A stretch of DNA of 64,000 nt from an uncultured Succinivibrionaceae bacterium (GCA_900539665.1 UQCV01000004.1:1818-65817); one strand, 5' to 3'. Counted from the first letter of the stretch, positions 40,878-53,277 are shown. The notes: generated from the sequence alone by a model not told the origin. Numbers and translations are program-made.

Positions 40878-40935
40878 ACTTTAAAATCAAACCGTCCCGA
40901 CTTTAAAATCAAACCGACCAGATTTTAAAATGCCG
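40878..40935. repeat. Three phased direct repeats (ACTTTAAAATCAAACCG x2 and one variant) with a period of about 21-22 bp
   Basis: Seen directly in the sequence. Possible transcription-factor binding array. Confidence 0.6.
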
Positions 40936-41553
40936 TACTAAAAAGGCTTAAACCACCAACAATTTCACTTTTAGAATTTAACAATTGTACGTATTCCTTT
41001 TCCTCTAACAAAAACTTATAAAACAAGGATATAAGCATCATAATTTCACAAAAAAACATAGATCACATTTTATTAATAGATTTTTACATGTTTGTGAATA
41101 CCATAAAATAAAACTACCTTATTCTATAGTAGAATCAATGGAGTGTTGAGAATAAATTATGTTACACAAATGTGTGCATTAAACATTTAATTGAATATAG
41201 GGCTTAGTTTTTTTAATAATCACTTAGCCTTTAAGCTAGGCAAGGTTTTTCATCCTATGGCTTAAAACTATTTTCAAAGTCAGCACTAAACTAAAACACA
41301 TTAGACGTAAGAAAAAAACAGTAGTCCAGACAAGTTTTCATTTATTCATGACCGGAATCCTCGAAAACATTATTTGGAAAATTCTAAAAGAATTTAGGTA
41401 GGTAATAGCTAAAGCACCTACTTCTCTACCACTACTACAAATTAACTTCTATCGTGTATAGTGCTTGAGCGTCGACATCAATGCTTATTAACATACAATT
41501 AGAACAAGCCTTGACCTAAAGTAAAGGCCAACACAAGAATAAGAAGGATGCAC

Positions 41554-43167
41554 ATGAAAAGCATCGAACCCAAAACATCTCGTACCTCTTCAACCGATTC
41601 ATCAGAAAAATCCACTCAGGTAGATATTAAGCAAAAACTTTTAGAAAAAGATTTAGAAATTGAACGTTTGCAAAAACTACTCAGGAAAACTGAACAAGAA
41701 CGTACTCGCGAACGCAAATACTCTATCGGTTTCATCAGTCAAATGTTTAGAAACTATTGGGGGTATGATGACGACTTTAACTCTCAAATGAGTTCTGTCT
41801 TTGATAAAATTAATACTGAAACCCCTATAAATGAACAGATGGATACCGTGTTTGAACTCCAAAGTACTTTGCAAGTTCAAGCCAAAAAGATGAAGTTGTT
41901 TCATGGTAGCATCACTTCAGAACTCGGACGTTTAAAAGAAGCTATTGAACGTTTTCCAGTGCTTGTAGATAAATTGTCTCGCATGGGCATGTCTCTCGAG
42001 AATGCACAAAACGGAGCTAATATTGATCGCATCAGGAATAGCCTCAATATTGCCACCGAAGCCATTACTTATTTAGAAGAAAGTACTTTTACCACCGGCA
42101 AAACCCAAATTCCGGCCAAATATAAAAATGAGCTAGCCGGGATTATTTCCTCATTAAATTTACCATCACAAGAAAGCAAAAAAGACATTCAAAAGTGTTT
42201 TGAATTAATTAAGGATGGCGACGCTTATACCGATTTAGCAATTATTGTGATAAATCTTTTACGCACCATTACCAGAGCCTTTAACATTGAACGTGAAAGT
42301 TTCCTGGGCTTTTTAGAAGAGTTCTACGAAAACATTAACGTTATTCAAAACTCTATTTCAGATAACATCACGTTAGAACATAAAATCAATAAAAACACTA
42401 AAGATAGCAATAAACAAATTGATAGCACCATTAGCGCTATCAATACTTCACTTGATTTAGGTGACACTGATTTTAAAGAAATATCGTGCATGATTAAAGA
42501 ACGTTTACAGCATCTTGCGGAAATCGTTCGTGAACACAATAAGTACCTTAACATGCAGGATAAACTTCTTTTAGATCTAACTGAAATTGAAGCTCGCGTC
42601 AATAGCATCAGAAACAACGCGTCTAGCTTTAAAGAAGAACTGCAAGATATTTCTCGTAAGAGCAAGACCGACCCGCTTACCGGTTTATATAACCGTTTAA
42701 GTTTTGATAGCATTGTGGAAAAAGAATTATTGTCTTTTCACAGAGACGCTCAGCTTCAATGTGCGGTGCCATTTTACATTCTTCTAATTGATATCAATAA
42801 CTTTGGCGATACTAACCGTAAATACGGCGCCAACGTTGGGGATAAGATTCTACGTGTCGTCGCCCTAACTTTAAAACAAAATTTAAGAAGCGGCGATTTC
42901 TTAGCGCATCTTGAAGCCGACAAATATGCACTTATGATTCACGAAGCCCTCCCGGAAAATATTCACCGAGTCGCTTCAAAACTAATCAGTGCAATTAAAG
43001 GAATTCCGTTCCATTACAACACTGAAAAAGTTAATGTTTCCATCTCAATTTCCGCCCGTAAAATCACGGAAGAAACATCAGAAGTACAAACTTTACTTGA
43101 ACAACTTACTAACGACATGAAAACCCTAAGACGTAACCCTGATAATGCCCACTTCTCAATTGTGTAA
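41554..43167 (+). CDS. Coiled-coil protein with a C-terminal degenerate GGDEF domain (GGDEF replaced by EADKY, I-site RxxD retained)
   Basis: DINNFGDTNRKYGANVGDKIL…RSGDFLAHLEADKYALMI aligns with the GGDEF A-site and I-site. The N-terminal ~380 aa are predicted coiled-coil. Confidence 0.65.
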   Translation: MKSIEPKTSRTSSTDSSEKSTQVDIKQKLLEKDLEIERLQKLLRKTEQERTRERKYSIGFISQMFRNYWGYDDDFNSQMSSVFDKINTETPINEQMDTVFELQSTLQVQAKKMKLFHGSITSELGRLKEAIERFPVLVDKLSRMGMSLENAQNGANIDRIRNSLNIATEAITYLEESTFTTGKTQIPAKYKNELAGIISSLNLPSQESKKDIQKCFELIKDGDAYTDLAIIVINLLRTITRAFNIERESFLGFLEEFYENINVIQNSISDNITLEHKINKNTKDSNKQIDSTISAINTSLDLGDTDFKEISCMIKERLQHLAEIVREHNKYLNMQDKLLLDLTEIEARVNSIRNNASSFKEELQDISRKSKTDPLTGLYNRLSFDSIVEKELLSFHRDAQLQCAVPFYILLIDINNFGDTNRKYGANVGDKILRVVALTLKQNLRSGDFLAHLEADKYALMIHEALPENIHRVASKLISAIKGIPFHYNTEKVNVSISISARKITEETSEVQTLLEQLTNDMKTLRRNPDNAHFSIV

Positions 43168-43418
43168 GGCTTAAAAGGAGTAACTCTAAAACGTAACCAC
43201 GAAAGTTATTTCAGCTATAAATACATATTGCTTAAACTCATATGTAACTTAACTCATGTATTACCATGCATGGCTCTATAAACATTAAAATTTAAGCTTT
43301 AACCTCAAATATAAAGGAAAATTTTTACCCCAAAGACTATAAAAAAATCAAAATAACAAAACGACAACAATAAAGTAAAAGTAAAACAAAAATAACAATA
43401 AGATAAACCATTGCTTCC

Positions 43419-43435
43419 TGACGGCCTTGCCGTCA
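43419..43435 (+). promoter_or_regulatory. Hairpin TGACGGC-CTT-GCCGTCA abutting the ppnN Shine-Dalgarno sequence
   Basis: A 7-bp stem ends 4 nt before the AAGGAG RBS. It is preceded by an A/C-rich tract of about 60 nt. Confidence 0.35.
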
Positions 43436-43450
43436 TATAAGGAGTAACAA

Positions 43451-44830
43451 ATGATTTCTGTAGTTCAACCAACCGGCGCCATGTCTTTACTGTCTCAGCT
43501 TGAAGCGGAAAGTCTTTCCCGCTATTCTCAAGGTGATTTGTATGACTTATACCGTAATTGTTCTTTAGCTGTTTTAAATAGTGGCACCATCACTGATAAT
43601 TCATCTGAGCTTCTAGATAAATTTAGAGATTTTGAAATCAACGTCATTCGTAATGAACGTGGCGTTAAGCTTGAAATGATCAACCCGCCACAGTCAGCCT
43701 TCGTTGATGGCACCATCATTTCTTCTATCCAAAACAACCTTTGTTCCGTCCTTCGCGACATCGTTAAAATTGCAACCTATAAAATGCATCTTAAGGAAAA
43801 TTCAGCCAAAGGGGTTCCTTTAGCCAAATTCCGGACCAACGAAATTTTTAATATGCTCCGCCACGCTGAATCACTCCACTCAGGACAAGACCCTAATATC
43901 GTGGTTTGCTGGGGCGGGCATGCTATTAATAAGACGGAATATGACTATGCCTTTGCAGTAGGTCGTGAATTAGGGTTGCGTGAATTTGATATCTGTACTG
44001 GTTGTGGTCCAGGGGCCATGGAAGCTCCAATGGCTGGGGCAGTCGTAGGCTATGCGATGCAAAAATTCCGTCATGGTCGCTTTATTGGCTTAACCGAACC
44101 GTCGATTATTGCGGCCGAACCACCTAACCCATTTGTTAATGAATTGGTGATTCTGCACGATATCGAAAAGCGTCTAGAAGCGTTCGTACGCTTTGGTCAT
44201 ACCATGATTATTTTCCCAGGTGGCCCGGGGACGGCAGAAGAATTGCTCTATATTTTGGCGATCAAATTAAGACGCGAAAATAGACACGAGCCCCTACCTC
44301 TTATTTTAACTGCACCAAAAGAAAGTGCCGCTTACATAGAATCACTCGATAACTTCGTGGGTAATGTCCTTGGTGATAATGCACGTCGTCTCTACCGCAT
44401 TATTATCGACGATCCAATTGAAGTTGCGCGTGAAGCTCGTAAGAGTCTCGACATGGTCCGCGAACACCGCACTTTAAACAGCGATGCCTATTGCTTCAAT
44501 TGGTCTTTGGAAATTCCTGAAGAATTACAAGAACCATTTGAGGCTACCCATGAAAACATGGCTTCCTTAAATCTACACCGCAATCAAGAACCTTGTGAAT
44601 TAGCCGCTGCTTTACGCCGAGCCTTCTCTGGTATTGTTGCGGGTAACGTAAAAGAAGCCGGCATGAAACGCATCGCCGAAAAAGGTCCATTTATCATTAA
44701 GGGCGACCAAGACATTATGTCCGCCATGGATCAGTTGTTAACTGATTTTGTGGCGCAAAAGCGCTTCATGCTTTCACATGAAGAATACGTACCGTGCTAC
44801 AAAATTTCGGTAGATGAAGATCAATCGTAA
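43451..44830 (+). CDS. ppnN: Nucleotide 5'-monophosphate nucleosidase PpnN (LOG family, YgdH)
   Basis: Collinear with E. coli PpnN over 459 aa, including the PGGxGTxEE LOG motif (IFPGGPGTAEEL) and GCGPGAMEAPM. Confidence 0.85.
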   Translation: MISVVQPTGAMSLLSQLEAESLSRYSQGDLYDLYRNCSLAVLNSGTITDNSSELLDKFRDFEINVIRNERGVKLEMINPPQSAFVDGTIISSIQNNLCSVLRDIVKIATYKMHLKENSAKGVPLAKFRTNEIFNMLRHAESLHSGQDPNIVVCWGGHAINKTEYDYAFAVGRELGLREFDICTGCGPGAMEAPMAGAVVGYAMQKFRHGRFIGLTEPSIIAAEPPNPFVNELVILHDIEKRLEAFVRFGHTMIIFPGGPGTAEELLYILAIKLRRENRHEPLPLILTAPKESAAYIESLDNFVGNVLGDNARRLYRIIIDDPIEVAREARKSLDMVREHRTLNSDAYCFNWSLEIPEELQEPFEATHENMASLNLHRNQEPCELAAALRRAFSGIVAGNVKEAGMKRIAEKGPFIIKGDQDIMSAMDQLLTDFVAQKRFMLSHEEYVPCYKISVDEDQS

Positions 44831-44873
44831 AACCAAAATCTTAATGTAAGTTTTACGTTAGCTCTTTATGCTT

Positions 44874-44907
44874 CAAAGGCTCGGTACTACTGAGCCTTTG
44901 TGCTTTT
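44874..44907 (+). terminator. ppnN terminator
   Basis: CAAAGGCTC...GAGCCTTTG followed by a weak U tract. Confidence 0.55.
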
Positions 44908-45404
44908 AACAACTTATATTTAAAAACCACTATCTTCCACAAAAGGACCAAAACACGCTACTAAATAAATAATGCCCCGAATTTAATTCAAACAGTTCTT
45001 GTTTCAATTTGTAACAATTTTGCCATAATTTAGTGACAACTTTTTTGTATGATGACAGTAACAACCAAAATACCTACGAAAATCAATTTCCAAGTATTTA
45101 AGTCTAACTATAAAAAAACAAGTTCAATAGAGTTCAAAACTCGTACCCCAAAAAAGGCGGAGCTAACAATAGCCTTAAGCTGTAACAATTAGTAATAATT
45201 TGCCACTAGCTTTAAGAATTTACCCGCCTATAATAAGGATAAAGGATAAAGGATAAGAACAAGATTGGTTACAAGGTTTGTTAAAGGTTAACCCCCCAAG
45301 AACTAGAAAAATTTCTATTAACTTAACCCCGAGTAAACTAATTACAAACCTCAACTTGCGCTTTAACCAAATTAAAGCCCACACTAAGCCCCAAGGAGTA
45401 CATC

Positions 45405-45839
45405 ATGCGCAGCCTAATAGCAGTAGTTGCCACCACAGCCTTACTTAGCACTGGATGTGTAGTTGTTGATGATGACTATGATAGTGGCTACACCACCTAC
45501 TACGAACCAGCACCTAATACCGTCATAACTTATTCATCAAGAACCGTGGTGGTTCCGCCTCCACCGCCTCCACCACCTCCTCGTTATTACCATCCATATC
45601 GTCCGGGTTTTAGACCAGGACCACACTATAAACCTGATCATCGACCAGACTTTAGACCAGGACCAAGACCTGACCATCGACCTGACCATCGACCTGACCA
45701 TCGACCTGACCATCGACCTGACTTCAGACCGGGACCAAGACCTGACCATCGACCTGACTTCAGACCGGGACCAAGACCTGATAGCCGCCCAGATGGAAAC
45801 ATCAGACGCTTTGAACGTGGCCCACACTACGCCCGCTAA
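45405..45839 (+). CDS. Lipoprotein with poly-Pro and DHRPD/FRPGPRP repeats
   Basis: Signal peptide with a lipobox (LLSTGC). Contains P9 and tandem 12-nt (GACCATCGACCT, four copies) and 36-nt nucleotide repeats. Confidence 0.65.
   Translation: MRSLIAVVATTALLSTGCVVVDDDYDSGYTTYYEPAPNTVITYSSRTVVVPPPPPPPPPRYYHPYRPGFRPGPHYKPDHRPDFRPGPRPDHRPDHRPDHRPDHRPDFRPGPRPDHRPDFRPGPRPDSRPDGNIRRFERGPHYAR
45636..45779 (+). repeat. In-frame tandem repeat array (12-nt unit GACCATCGACCT within a 36-nt higher-order unit) inside the lipoprotein gene
   Basis: Seen directly in the sequence. Confidence 0.85.
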
Positions 45840-45859
45840 AAAATTTAAATAGCAATTTA

Positions 45860-45891
45860 CAAGTCCCATTAAATCTGGGACTTGTTTTTTT
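45860..45891 (+). terminator. Terminator after the lipoprotein gene
   Basis: CAAGTCCCA...TGGGACTTG followed by T7. Confidence 0.8.
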
Positions 45892-46376
45892 ATCACTCAC
45901 CACCAATTGCGCAGCGATTTTTATATTTTAAAGTGTTGGTTTAACCATAAATTTTTTAAACCTTACACATTTTTACGCACCATTTTTGCATTTTTATTCA
46001 TAACTTTTGTAATAAAACCACCTCAGCTTGCAAATATTATGGCGACACTCCCTCAACAAACCACATAACAACCACAAAAGCCCCACATTTTACTAGGCAA
46101 AACTTCCACAAATATCTGCAACTATCCAACACAGTGCAACGTTTGCACAATCAAAACACAATTTTCACCAAAATAGTTACCCAAAATTGCACAAAATCGC
46201 TTTTTTTCGTTTAAATTTATGTATAATTGAATTATTCACTTGAGCGCCTCCTTGGCCCTCAAAAGAACATCGCGTTTTAGCATCATTATGCAAAAGCGCA
46301 AATGCAGTCCGTTCTCCTTTTAGAGGCGGACGGATAGCAGCGGTTCAAACCCGGTAAACCGTATGAACAGCTGTAG

Positions 46377-47753
<1,377 letters not shown>

Positions 47754-47787
47754 TCTAAATAGATTATGTAACATCTAATCAATGAAG

Positions 47788-47820
47788 CCCCAGGGATTAT
47801 GTTCCCTGGGGTTTTGTTTT
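47788..47820 (+). terminator. gdhA terminator
   Basis: CCCCAGGGA...TCCCTGGGG followed by TTTTGTTTT. Confidence 0.8.
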
Positions 47821-47869
47821 GCATATATCGCGTGACTAAAGCGTTTAGCAAAGCCGGCAATGGAAAGTT

Positions 47870-48122
47870 CGTTGTCTGCTTGCTGCTATTTAAGGAAGGA
47901 TTTCACAAAGTTAATTTTGAATTCACCAGTGTAGATATTTTTCATAATTGCAACCTAAAACGTGGTTAAAGTCATGTAATTCATTTGTTGCAACTATTGT
48001 AAGACCTAGGGTGACATGGACACACCTGTGAGAATAAGGATAGCATAGCTATCAAACTTCTTTAGAATTACTCTAATGAGTAATTACGAAGCTCCCACCT
48101 CTTTAGGTGGTGAGTAGTTCAC
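47870..48122 (-). repeat. Repeat family copy B (contiguous; putative IS left end plus the first 19 codons of an IS3-like orfA)
   Basis: Its reverse complement matches 16341-16447 and 18168-18310 contiguously, with no insertion. It contains the ORF MKNIYTGEFKINFVKSFLK* at 47886-47945 on the minus strand. Confidence 0.8.
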
Positions 48123-48216
48123 TGAGCTAGGTAACTATAAAAATATAGGAACTTCAATATATAAGAACTTTAAGTTATAAAACCTTTTAGCTATGAATAT
48201 GACGCCCCACACAAAC

Positions 48217-49005
48217 CTAGAACACATTAGGACACGAGGTTCCTAAAATAGTACAACCTAAATTAAAGACCCTATTCATTGCGTCTTCAAAATGAATCCA
48301 AAAGCCTGATAACACCATCTTTAGGATAATCAAACCAGCTAACATACTTATCGCAAAGCCAAGGCTAAAGATATTAAGCTGAGGCGCCGCTCTTGTCATA
48401 ACCCCAAACGTAAAATTCACTAATAGCATTGCACAAATTGAGCTTATAGATAAACCTAACGCTATCACAAACATTAAACTCCCAAAACTGGCAATTTCAG
48501 TCCATGGAATATCTGGCATGGTGGCGCTTATCGGTAAAGCGAAAAAACTTAAGCGTAACATTCTTAAGAGCATTAAATGCCCATCTATGACTAAGAAGAG
48601 CAAAGTAGTCAATACGGTAAAAAATTGACCGACAACCGGCGTATTAGTTCCCGAGACCGGGTCCACAAGCGACGCAAAACCAAGACCGGTCTGCATTGCA
48701 ATTACCTGACCTGCCACCACAAAGATTTGGGCAATAAATTGAGTGATAAACCCTATAGTTATGCCAATTAAAAACTCGCGCCCTACCGTTAAAAACCCAG
48801 TCACACTAAACGGATCTAAAAATTTGGGGTGCGGTATAGTTTCACACATACACCAAGTTACAGCGACGGCTAAAGCTAAGCGCACCAAGACTGGTACACT
48901 CTGAGAACCTATGGTGAACATCGACATCAAACAAGCAGCAATGCGGATAAAAGGCCACATATAGACTGCTATGGCAGCGATGAGATAGCTTTCCGAAAAC
49001 TGCAC
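48217..49005 (-). CDS. fliR: Flagellar biosynthesis protein FliR
   Basis: 262 aa, 6-TM export apparatus component. Confidence 0.85.
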   Translation of the reverse strand: MQFSESYLIAAIAVYMWPFIRIAACLMSMFTIGSQSVPVLVRLALAVAVTWCMCETIPHPKFLDPFSVTGFLTVGREFLIGITIGFITQFIAQIFVVAGQVIAMQTGLGFASLVDPVSGTNTPVVGQFFTVLTTLLFLVIDGHLMLLRMLRLSFFALPISATMPDIPWTEIASFGSLMFVIALGLSISSICAMLLVNFTFGVMTRAAPQLNIFSLGFAISMLAGLIILKMVLSGFWIHFEDAMNRVFNLGCTILGTSCPNVF

Positions 49006-49019
49006 TTAGCGTTCCTCTC

Positions 49020-49289
49020 CTAGCCAAGTATTTGAGGAATAACCTCAATAATATGCTTAAAGAAGCTCATCAGTTTTTCAAGGCCCCAATGAGCGCCCAG
49101 ACCTAACGCAATAACTGTCACTAATAAACGTGGTAAGAATGACAAAGTCTGTTCATTAATGGAGGTAGCTGTCTGAAAAATCGCCACGATAAGACCTACC
49201 GCAAGCGATGGCAAAATAGCTACTGCGACCAATAAAGCCACTAACCCTAGGGCTTCACGTACAATGTCGACAAATACTTCTGGTTCCAT
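49020..49289 (-). CDS. fliQ: Flagellar biosynthesis protein FliQ
   Basis: 89 aa starting at MEPEVFVDIV…. The track ORF extends 23 codons upstream into fliP. Confidence 0.8.
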   Translation of the reverse strand: MEPEVFVDIVREALGLVALLVAVAILPSLAVGLIVAIFQTATSINEQTLSFLPRLLVTVIALGLGAHWGLEKLMSFFKHIIEVIPQILG

Positions 49290-49303
49290 CCGCCGCCTCC
49301 GCT

Positions 49304-50074
49304 TTACTGCGATCCGAGCCCAAAACTTGAAACCAACGTGCCCATAATAAGCCCCCACCCATCTACTAAGACAAAGAGCATTATTTTAAATGGCAACGAA
49401 ACAATCATAGGCGAGAGCATCATCATCCCCATCGCCATCAAGATACTTGCAACTACCAAGTCTATGACGAGAAATGGCAAGAACAGCATAAAGCCCATCT
49501 GAAACGCAGTTTTTAATTCACTCACCATAAAAGCTGGAATTAAAACTTTTAATGGGACTTTTTCAATTGCCACCGGTTTTTCCCCCGCAAATTCCATAAA
49601 AGTATTGATATCTTGCGGTCTAGTTTGTTCGCGCATAAACCGATGAATCGGAATTTGCGCGCGTTCAAACGCCACTTTGGAAGTGATTTGATTATTTAAA
49701 TATGGTTGAAGCGCCGTGTCGTTAATGTCATTTAAAACTGGACTCATAATATAAAATGACAAAAACAATGCCAACCCCACTAAAATCTGATTCGAAGGAG
49801 TGGTTTGCAAACCTAAAGCCTGACGCAAAATTGATAACACCACAATGATACGAGTAAAACTCGTCATCATAATAATGACCGCTGGCAAAAAACTCAAAAA
49901 GGTCATTATGGCTAAAACTTGCAAACTTAAGGAATAATCCGTCGTTCCATCATTATTAGCCGTGACGTGTACTGCATCGAGCATCAAACCTTGTTCCGCC
50001 CCTAAAGCGTTACCTGCCATAAGTAGCGTTCCAAGACCGAGCGAAAATTTTAATATACGGTTAACGTCCATCAT
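49304..50074 (-). CDS. fliP: Flagellar biosynthesis protein FliP
   Basis: 256 aa with a signal-peptide-like N-terminus and the conserved FliP TM core. Confidence 0.9.
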   Translation of the reverse strand: MMDVNRILKFSLGLGTLLMAGNALGAEQGLMLDAVHVTANNDGTTDYSLSLQVLAIMTFLSFLPAVIIMMTSFTRIIVVLSILRQALGLQTTPSNQILVGLALFLSFYIMSPVLNDINDTALQPYLNNQITSKVAFERAQIPIHRFMREQTRPQDINTFMEFAGEKPVAIEKVPLKVLIPAFMVSELKTAFQMGFMLFLPFLVIDLVVASILMAMGMMMLSPMIVSLPFKIMLFVLVDGWGLIMGTLVSSFGLGSQ

Positions 50075-51009
50075 TGTGCATCCTGTGCATTGTTATCTTG
50101 TACTTTAGGTTCAGATTGGGAATTTTTGTTTTCACCAACAATTTTAGCGAGCAGATCTTTAAATCCCAATGACTTAGTTATATCTTGGCTTGAAGCCTTA
50201 GGTTCCGCTTTTGTGGCCCCACGTGCTGAGTTGTTTAAAGGTGTTGGTAGCTTATAAACTAAATTTACATTGTTTGGCGTTACCCCAATTAAAAGCTGTT
50301 CGTCCCCAACTTGCACTAAGACTAACTTCTCTTTAGTGCCTACAGCTAAAGCCGTCACCACCCCTAAGTTACCCCCACGCACGCCTGGAACTAAACGTAA
50401 ACGGCGTAAAAACCACGCTAATAAGAAGATAAGCCCTAAAACCCCAAAACTATAGAGAACAAACTTACCCATCGATATTGGTTCGGCGCCCCGATAATTA
50501 TGCGCTTTATTATGGTTTTCAAGGCCAAAATTTTCCGGGATGGAATTAGCATTAGTAGAATTAAGCTCTTCATTTTTACCAATTACGCGAGATGTAGCTT
50601 CCTCTATTGGTTCAACCTTAGATACAGAGTTAGGCTCAACTTGCTTAAGCTTAGAAGATGGTTCATTTAATAACGGAGCCTCGTTTAATGGCGAAGCTTC
50701 ATTTAATGATTTATTAGAAGTAACAGTTGAGTTGGCGGCTTGAGCAATCTTTGAATCAGGTTGCGGAGCCACAGATTTTGGCCCCGTAGTCTTGGTCCCA
50801 TCATGGTAAAGCGAATCCATCGCTACCTCTTTTGAGGTTGAATTTGGTGCGACCGCATTAGTCGTTGCCGCTTTGGTAGCTGGCTTACTTGGATATAAGA
50901 GCGAGTCAGATACGGACTCGGTTTGCGCCCAAGCCCCATTTACTCCTAATAAGGCCCCAAACAAACTCCAAAGCCCTAAGAAACCAAGCAATTTTTGGTG
51001 TATCGACAT
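50071..51009 (-). CDS. fliO: Flagellar protein FliO with a long low-complexity N-terminal extension
   Basis: The C-terminal TM segment and conserved region (…[21 protein letters not shown]…) match FliO. 312 aa. Good AAGGAG RBS. Confidence 0.7.
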   Translation of the reverse strand: MSIHQKLLGFLGLWSLFGALLGVNGAWAQTESVSDSLLYPSKPATKAATTNAVAPNSTSKEVAMDSLYHDGTKTTGPKSVAPQPDSKIAQAANSTVTSNKSLNEASPLNEAPLLNEPSSKLKQVEPNSVSKVEPIEEATSRVIGKNEELNSTNANSIPENFGLENHNKAHNYRGAEPISMGKFVLYSFGVLGLIFLLAWFLRRLRLVPGVRGGNLGVVTALAVGTKEKLVLVQVGDEQLLIGVTPNNVNLVYKLPTPLNNSARGATKAEPKASSQDITKSLGFKDLLAKIVGENKNSQSEPKVQDNNAQDAQ

Positions 51010-51066
51010 CGTCGTTTAGCTCCTTTACCAAAAATGAAAAGCGGTTCTAAGCGAACCGCCTATCTA

Positions 51067-51480
51067 TTAATGAAGCTTTTTAATGCGTTCCGTTTGCGAA
51101 ATAACGTCTGTTAAACGAATCCCAAACTTATCGTTTACGACCACAACTTCACCGTGGGCAATAAGAGTCCCATTGACTAAAACGTCTAAAGGTTCACCCG
51201 CCACACGTTCAAGTTCTACCACCGAACCTTGGTTAAGCTGTAACAGATTGCGAATACTAATCTGCGCCCGACCTACTTCCATGGTAATTGTCACCGGAAT
51301 ATCCAAAATGGTATCTAAGCGCGCTTTCTCCTCACTACTTAACCCCCCACTTGGCTGAAATTCTTCTAAAGGCGCAGACTTAGCATCCTCGTCAGATAGC
51401 TGAACATTGCCGTTACCACTTTCTGCTTTTTTTTGTTCATCGAGCGCCTGGGCCCAAACATCTTCTACATCGTCACTCAT
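51067..51480 (-). CDS. fliN: Flagellar motor switch protein FliN
   Basis: C-terminal SpoA domain (…ELERVAGEPLDVLVNGTLIAHGEVVVV…). Confidence 0.9.
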   Translation of the reverse strand: MSDDVEDVWAQALDEQKKAESGNGNVQLSDEDAKSAPLEEFQPSGGLSSEEKARLDTILDIPVTITMEVGRAQISIRNLLQLNQGSVVELERVAGEPLDVLVNGTLIAHGEVVVVNDKFGIRLTDVISQTERIKKLH

Positions 51481-51678
51481 GTTCCGCTCCTAAATTTTTT
51501 CTAGGTTCACCGAAGCGCCCCATCAATAATTCCATCTTTATTTATTAGTCCAAAAGACTAACTAAAAATTCTTTATTTTTTCGTTTATTTATCGTCTTTA
51601 ATCTGTATCTTAAGTTACGTAGGCTTGGTTTAAATAAGCTTAGCTTGTCAGCACAAGTTACACTTATTTAAATTTGGC

Positions 51679-52743
51679 CTATTCTGTTGCATCAAGCACA
51701 TCATCATCATCGACTGGATTCTTATCCATTAACTTCCCGCGCCTAAAGAGCGACAGTTCGTTTTTCATTGATTCTGGACGTTTTAACTTTTCCGTAATCT
51801 TAATCGCAAGCTTATCCTTGGTACGCCCCATCTTCGCTCTAAAAGTAGGCAATTCTTCCACAAAAACCAAAGTTTCTTTTGGCATTTTTACCGGGATTAT
51901 CATGCCCGGCTTCAAATGTTCAATCTGGCGTAACGTGAGCTTAGTTTCTAGAAGTTGCACGCGCATGCCTACGTTTACATCCATAATTTCTTCACGTAAG
52001 GCCTTACTCCAACGCACATCCGCATCACCCTTATCGCTTTGCACCCCAGCATCAAGGAGTTCACGAATAGGTTCCACCATAGAATATGGTAGAGCCACGT
52101 GGAAGTCGCCCCCACCGCCATCAAGCTCGATATGGAATGAATTAATAACTACCACTTCTGTTGGGCTGACAATATTGGCCATGGCTGGGTTTACTTCACT
52201 GTCGAGGTATTCAAAATCGACATCCATTACCGGGGCCCAAGCTTCACGATAATCCTCAAAAATAATCTTGAGGAGCATTTGAATAATACGACGTTCCGTT
52301 GGAGTAAATTCACGCCCTTCAATCTTGGCATGATATTTACCATCCCCACCAAAGAAGTTTTCCACCAAAATAAAGACCAAACGCGCTTCCATAGTGATAA
52401 GCGCAGTCCCTTTTAACGGCCGAAAACGAACCATGTTTAAACTTGTAGGCACAAATAGAGTATGGACATATTCGCCAAACTTTAACATCTGGACGCCGTT
52501 GATTGAAACTTCAGCCGTACGGCGCATCATGTTAAAAAGACTAATACGTAAATGGCGGGCAAAACGTTCATTGACGAGTTCTAGGGTAGGCATGCGCCCA
52601 CGGACTATACGATCTTGAGCCGCAAAGTCAAAGCGTACAACCCCGGATTCCTTGCCATCGTCTTCACTAGGTTCATCTTCAGGAACTTCATCTACACCGT
52701 GCAGGAGGGCATCAATTTCGTCCTGGCTTAAAATATCACTCAC
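51679..52743 (-). CDS. fliM: Flagellar motor switch protein FliM
   Basis: 354 aa. N-terminal LSQDEIDALL CheY-P-binding motif. GTG start. Confidence 0.9.
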   Translation of the reverse strand: MSDILSQDEIDALLHGVDEVPEDEPSEDDGKESGVVRFDFAAQDRIVRGRMPTLELVNERFARHLRISLFNMMRRTAEVSINGVQMLKFGEYVHTLFVPTSLNMVRFRPLKGTALITMEARLVFILVENFFGGDGKYHAKIEGREFTPTERRIIQMLLKIIFEDYREAWAPVMDVDFEYLDSEVNPAMANIVSPTEVVVINSFHIELDGGGGDFHVALPYSMVEPIRELLDAGVQSDKGDADVRWSKALREEIMDVNVGMRVQLLETKLTLRQIEHLKPGMIIPVKMPKETLVFVEELPTFRAKMGRTKDKLAIKITEKLKRPESMKNELSLFRRGKLMDKNPVDDDDVLDATE

Positions 52744-52758
52744 GACCTGCTCCTTCCT

Positions 52759-53277
52759 TTACTGCATGACAAAGTTAGTAAATAGCACCTGATCTATTAC
52801 GGCACTACCGGTTTCATCACGCATTGCATTTTGCACATTTTCTAAACAAATTTTCTTAACCTGAGCGCGCCCATCCTTATCATTGTAGAGATTAGGATCG
52901 ATACTAGTAAAAGTTTCGTTGAGCACTGATTTGATTAAAAGGCTATTAATTTGAGCTAAAGAGATGTTTTGTTCATCAGAAACTACTACGGCCACATAAA
53001 CCTGTAACATACGTTCACGTGGCCTAGTGTTTAAAGAGACTACAAATGGTTGGTCAAACTTAATATAGTGTACAACCTTCGCCCCTGGCATCGCTTGGCC
53101 TGGTTTTGGTAAGGCTTGAGTGGCGACTGCTTCTTCTTCGCTACTACCACCTAAAAAGAAAGCCAAACCACCACCTACCAAAGCTAAAAACACTACAACT
53201 CCAGCGATGATAATAATTAGTTTTGTTTTTTTGCCGCTATTAGCGCCATCAAGCTTGAGCTCTTGTTGTTCTGCCAT
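52759..53277 (-). CDS. fliL: Flagellar basal-body protein FliL
   Basis: Single TM helix plus the FliL domain. Start is at the second ATG, which has a GAGG RBS. Confidence 0.75.
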   Translation of the reverse strand: MAEQQELKLDGANSGKKTKLIIIIAGVVVFLALVGGGLAFFLGGSSEEEAVATQALPKPGQAMPGAKVVHYIKFDQPFVVSLNTRPRERMLQVYVAVVVSDEQNISLAQINSLLIKSVLNETFTSIDPNLYNDKDGRAQVKKICLENVQNAMRDETGSAVIDQVLFTNFVMQ

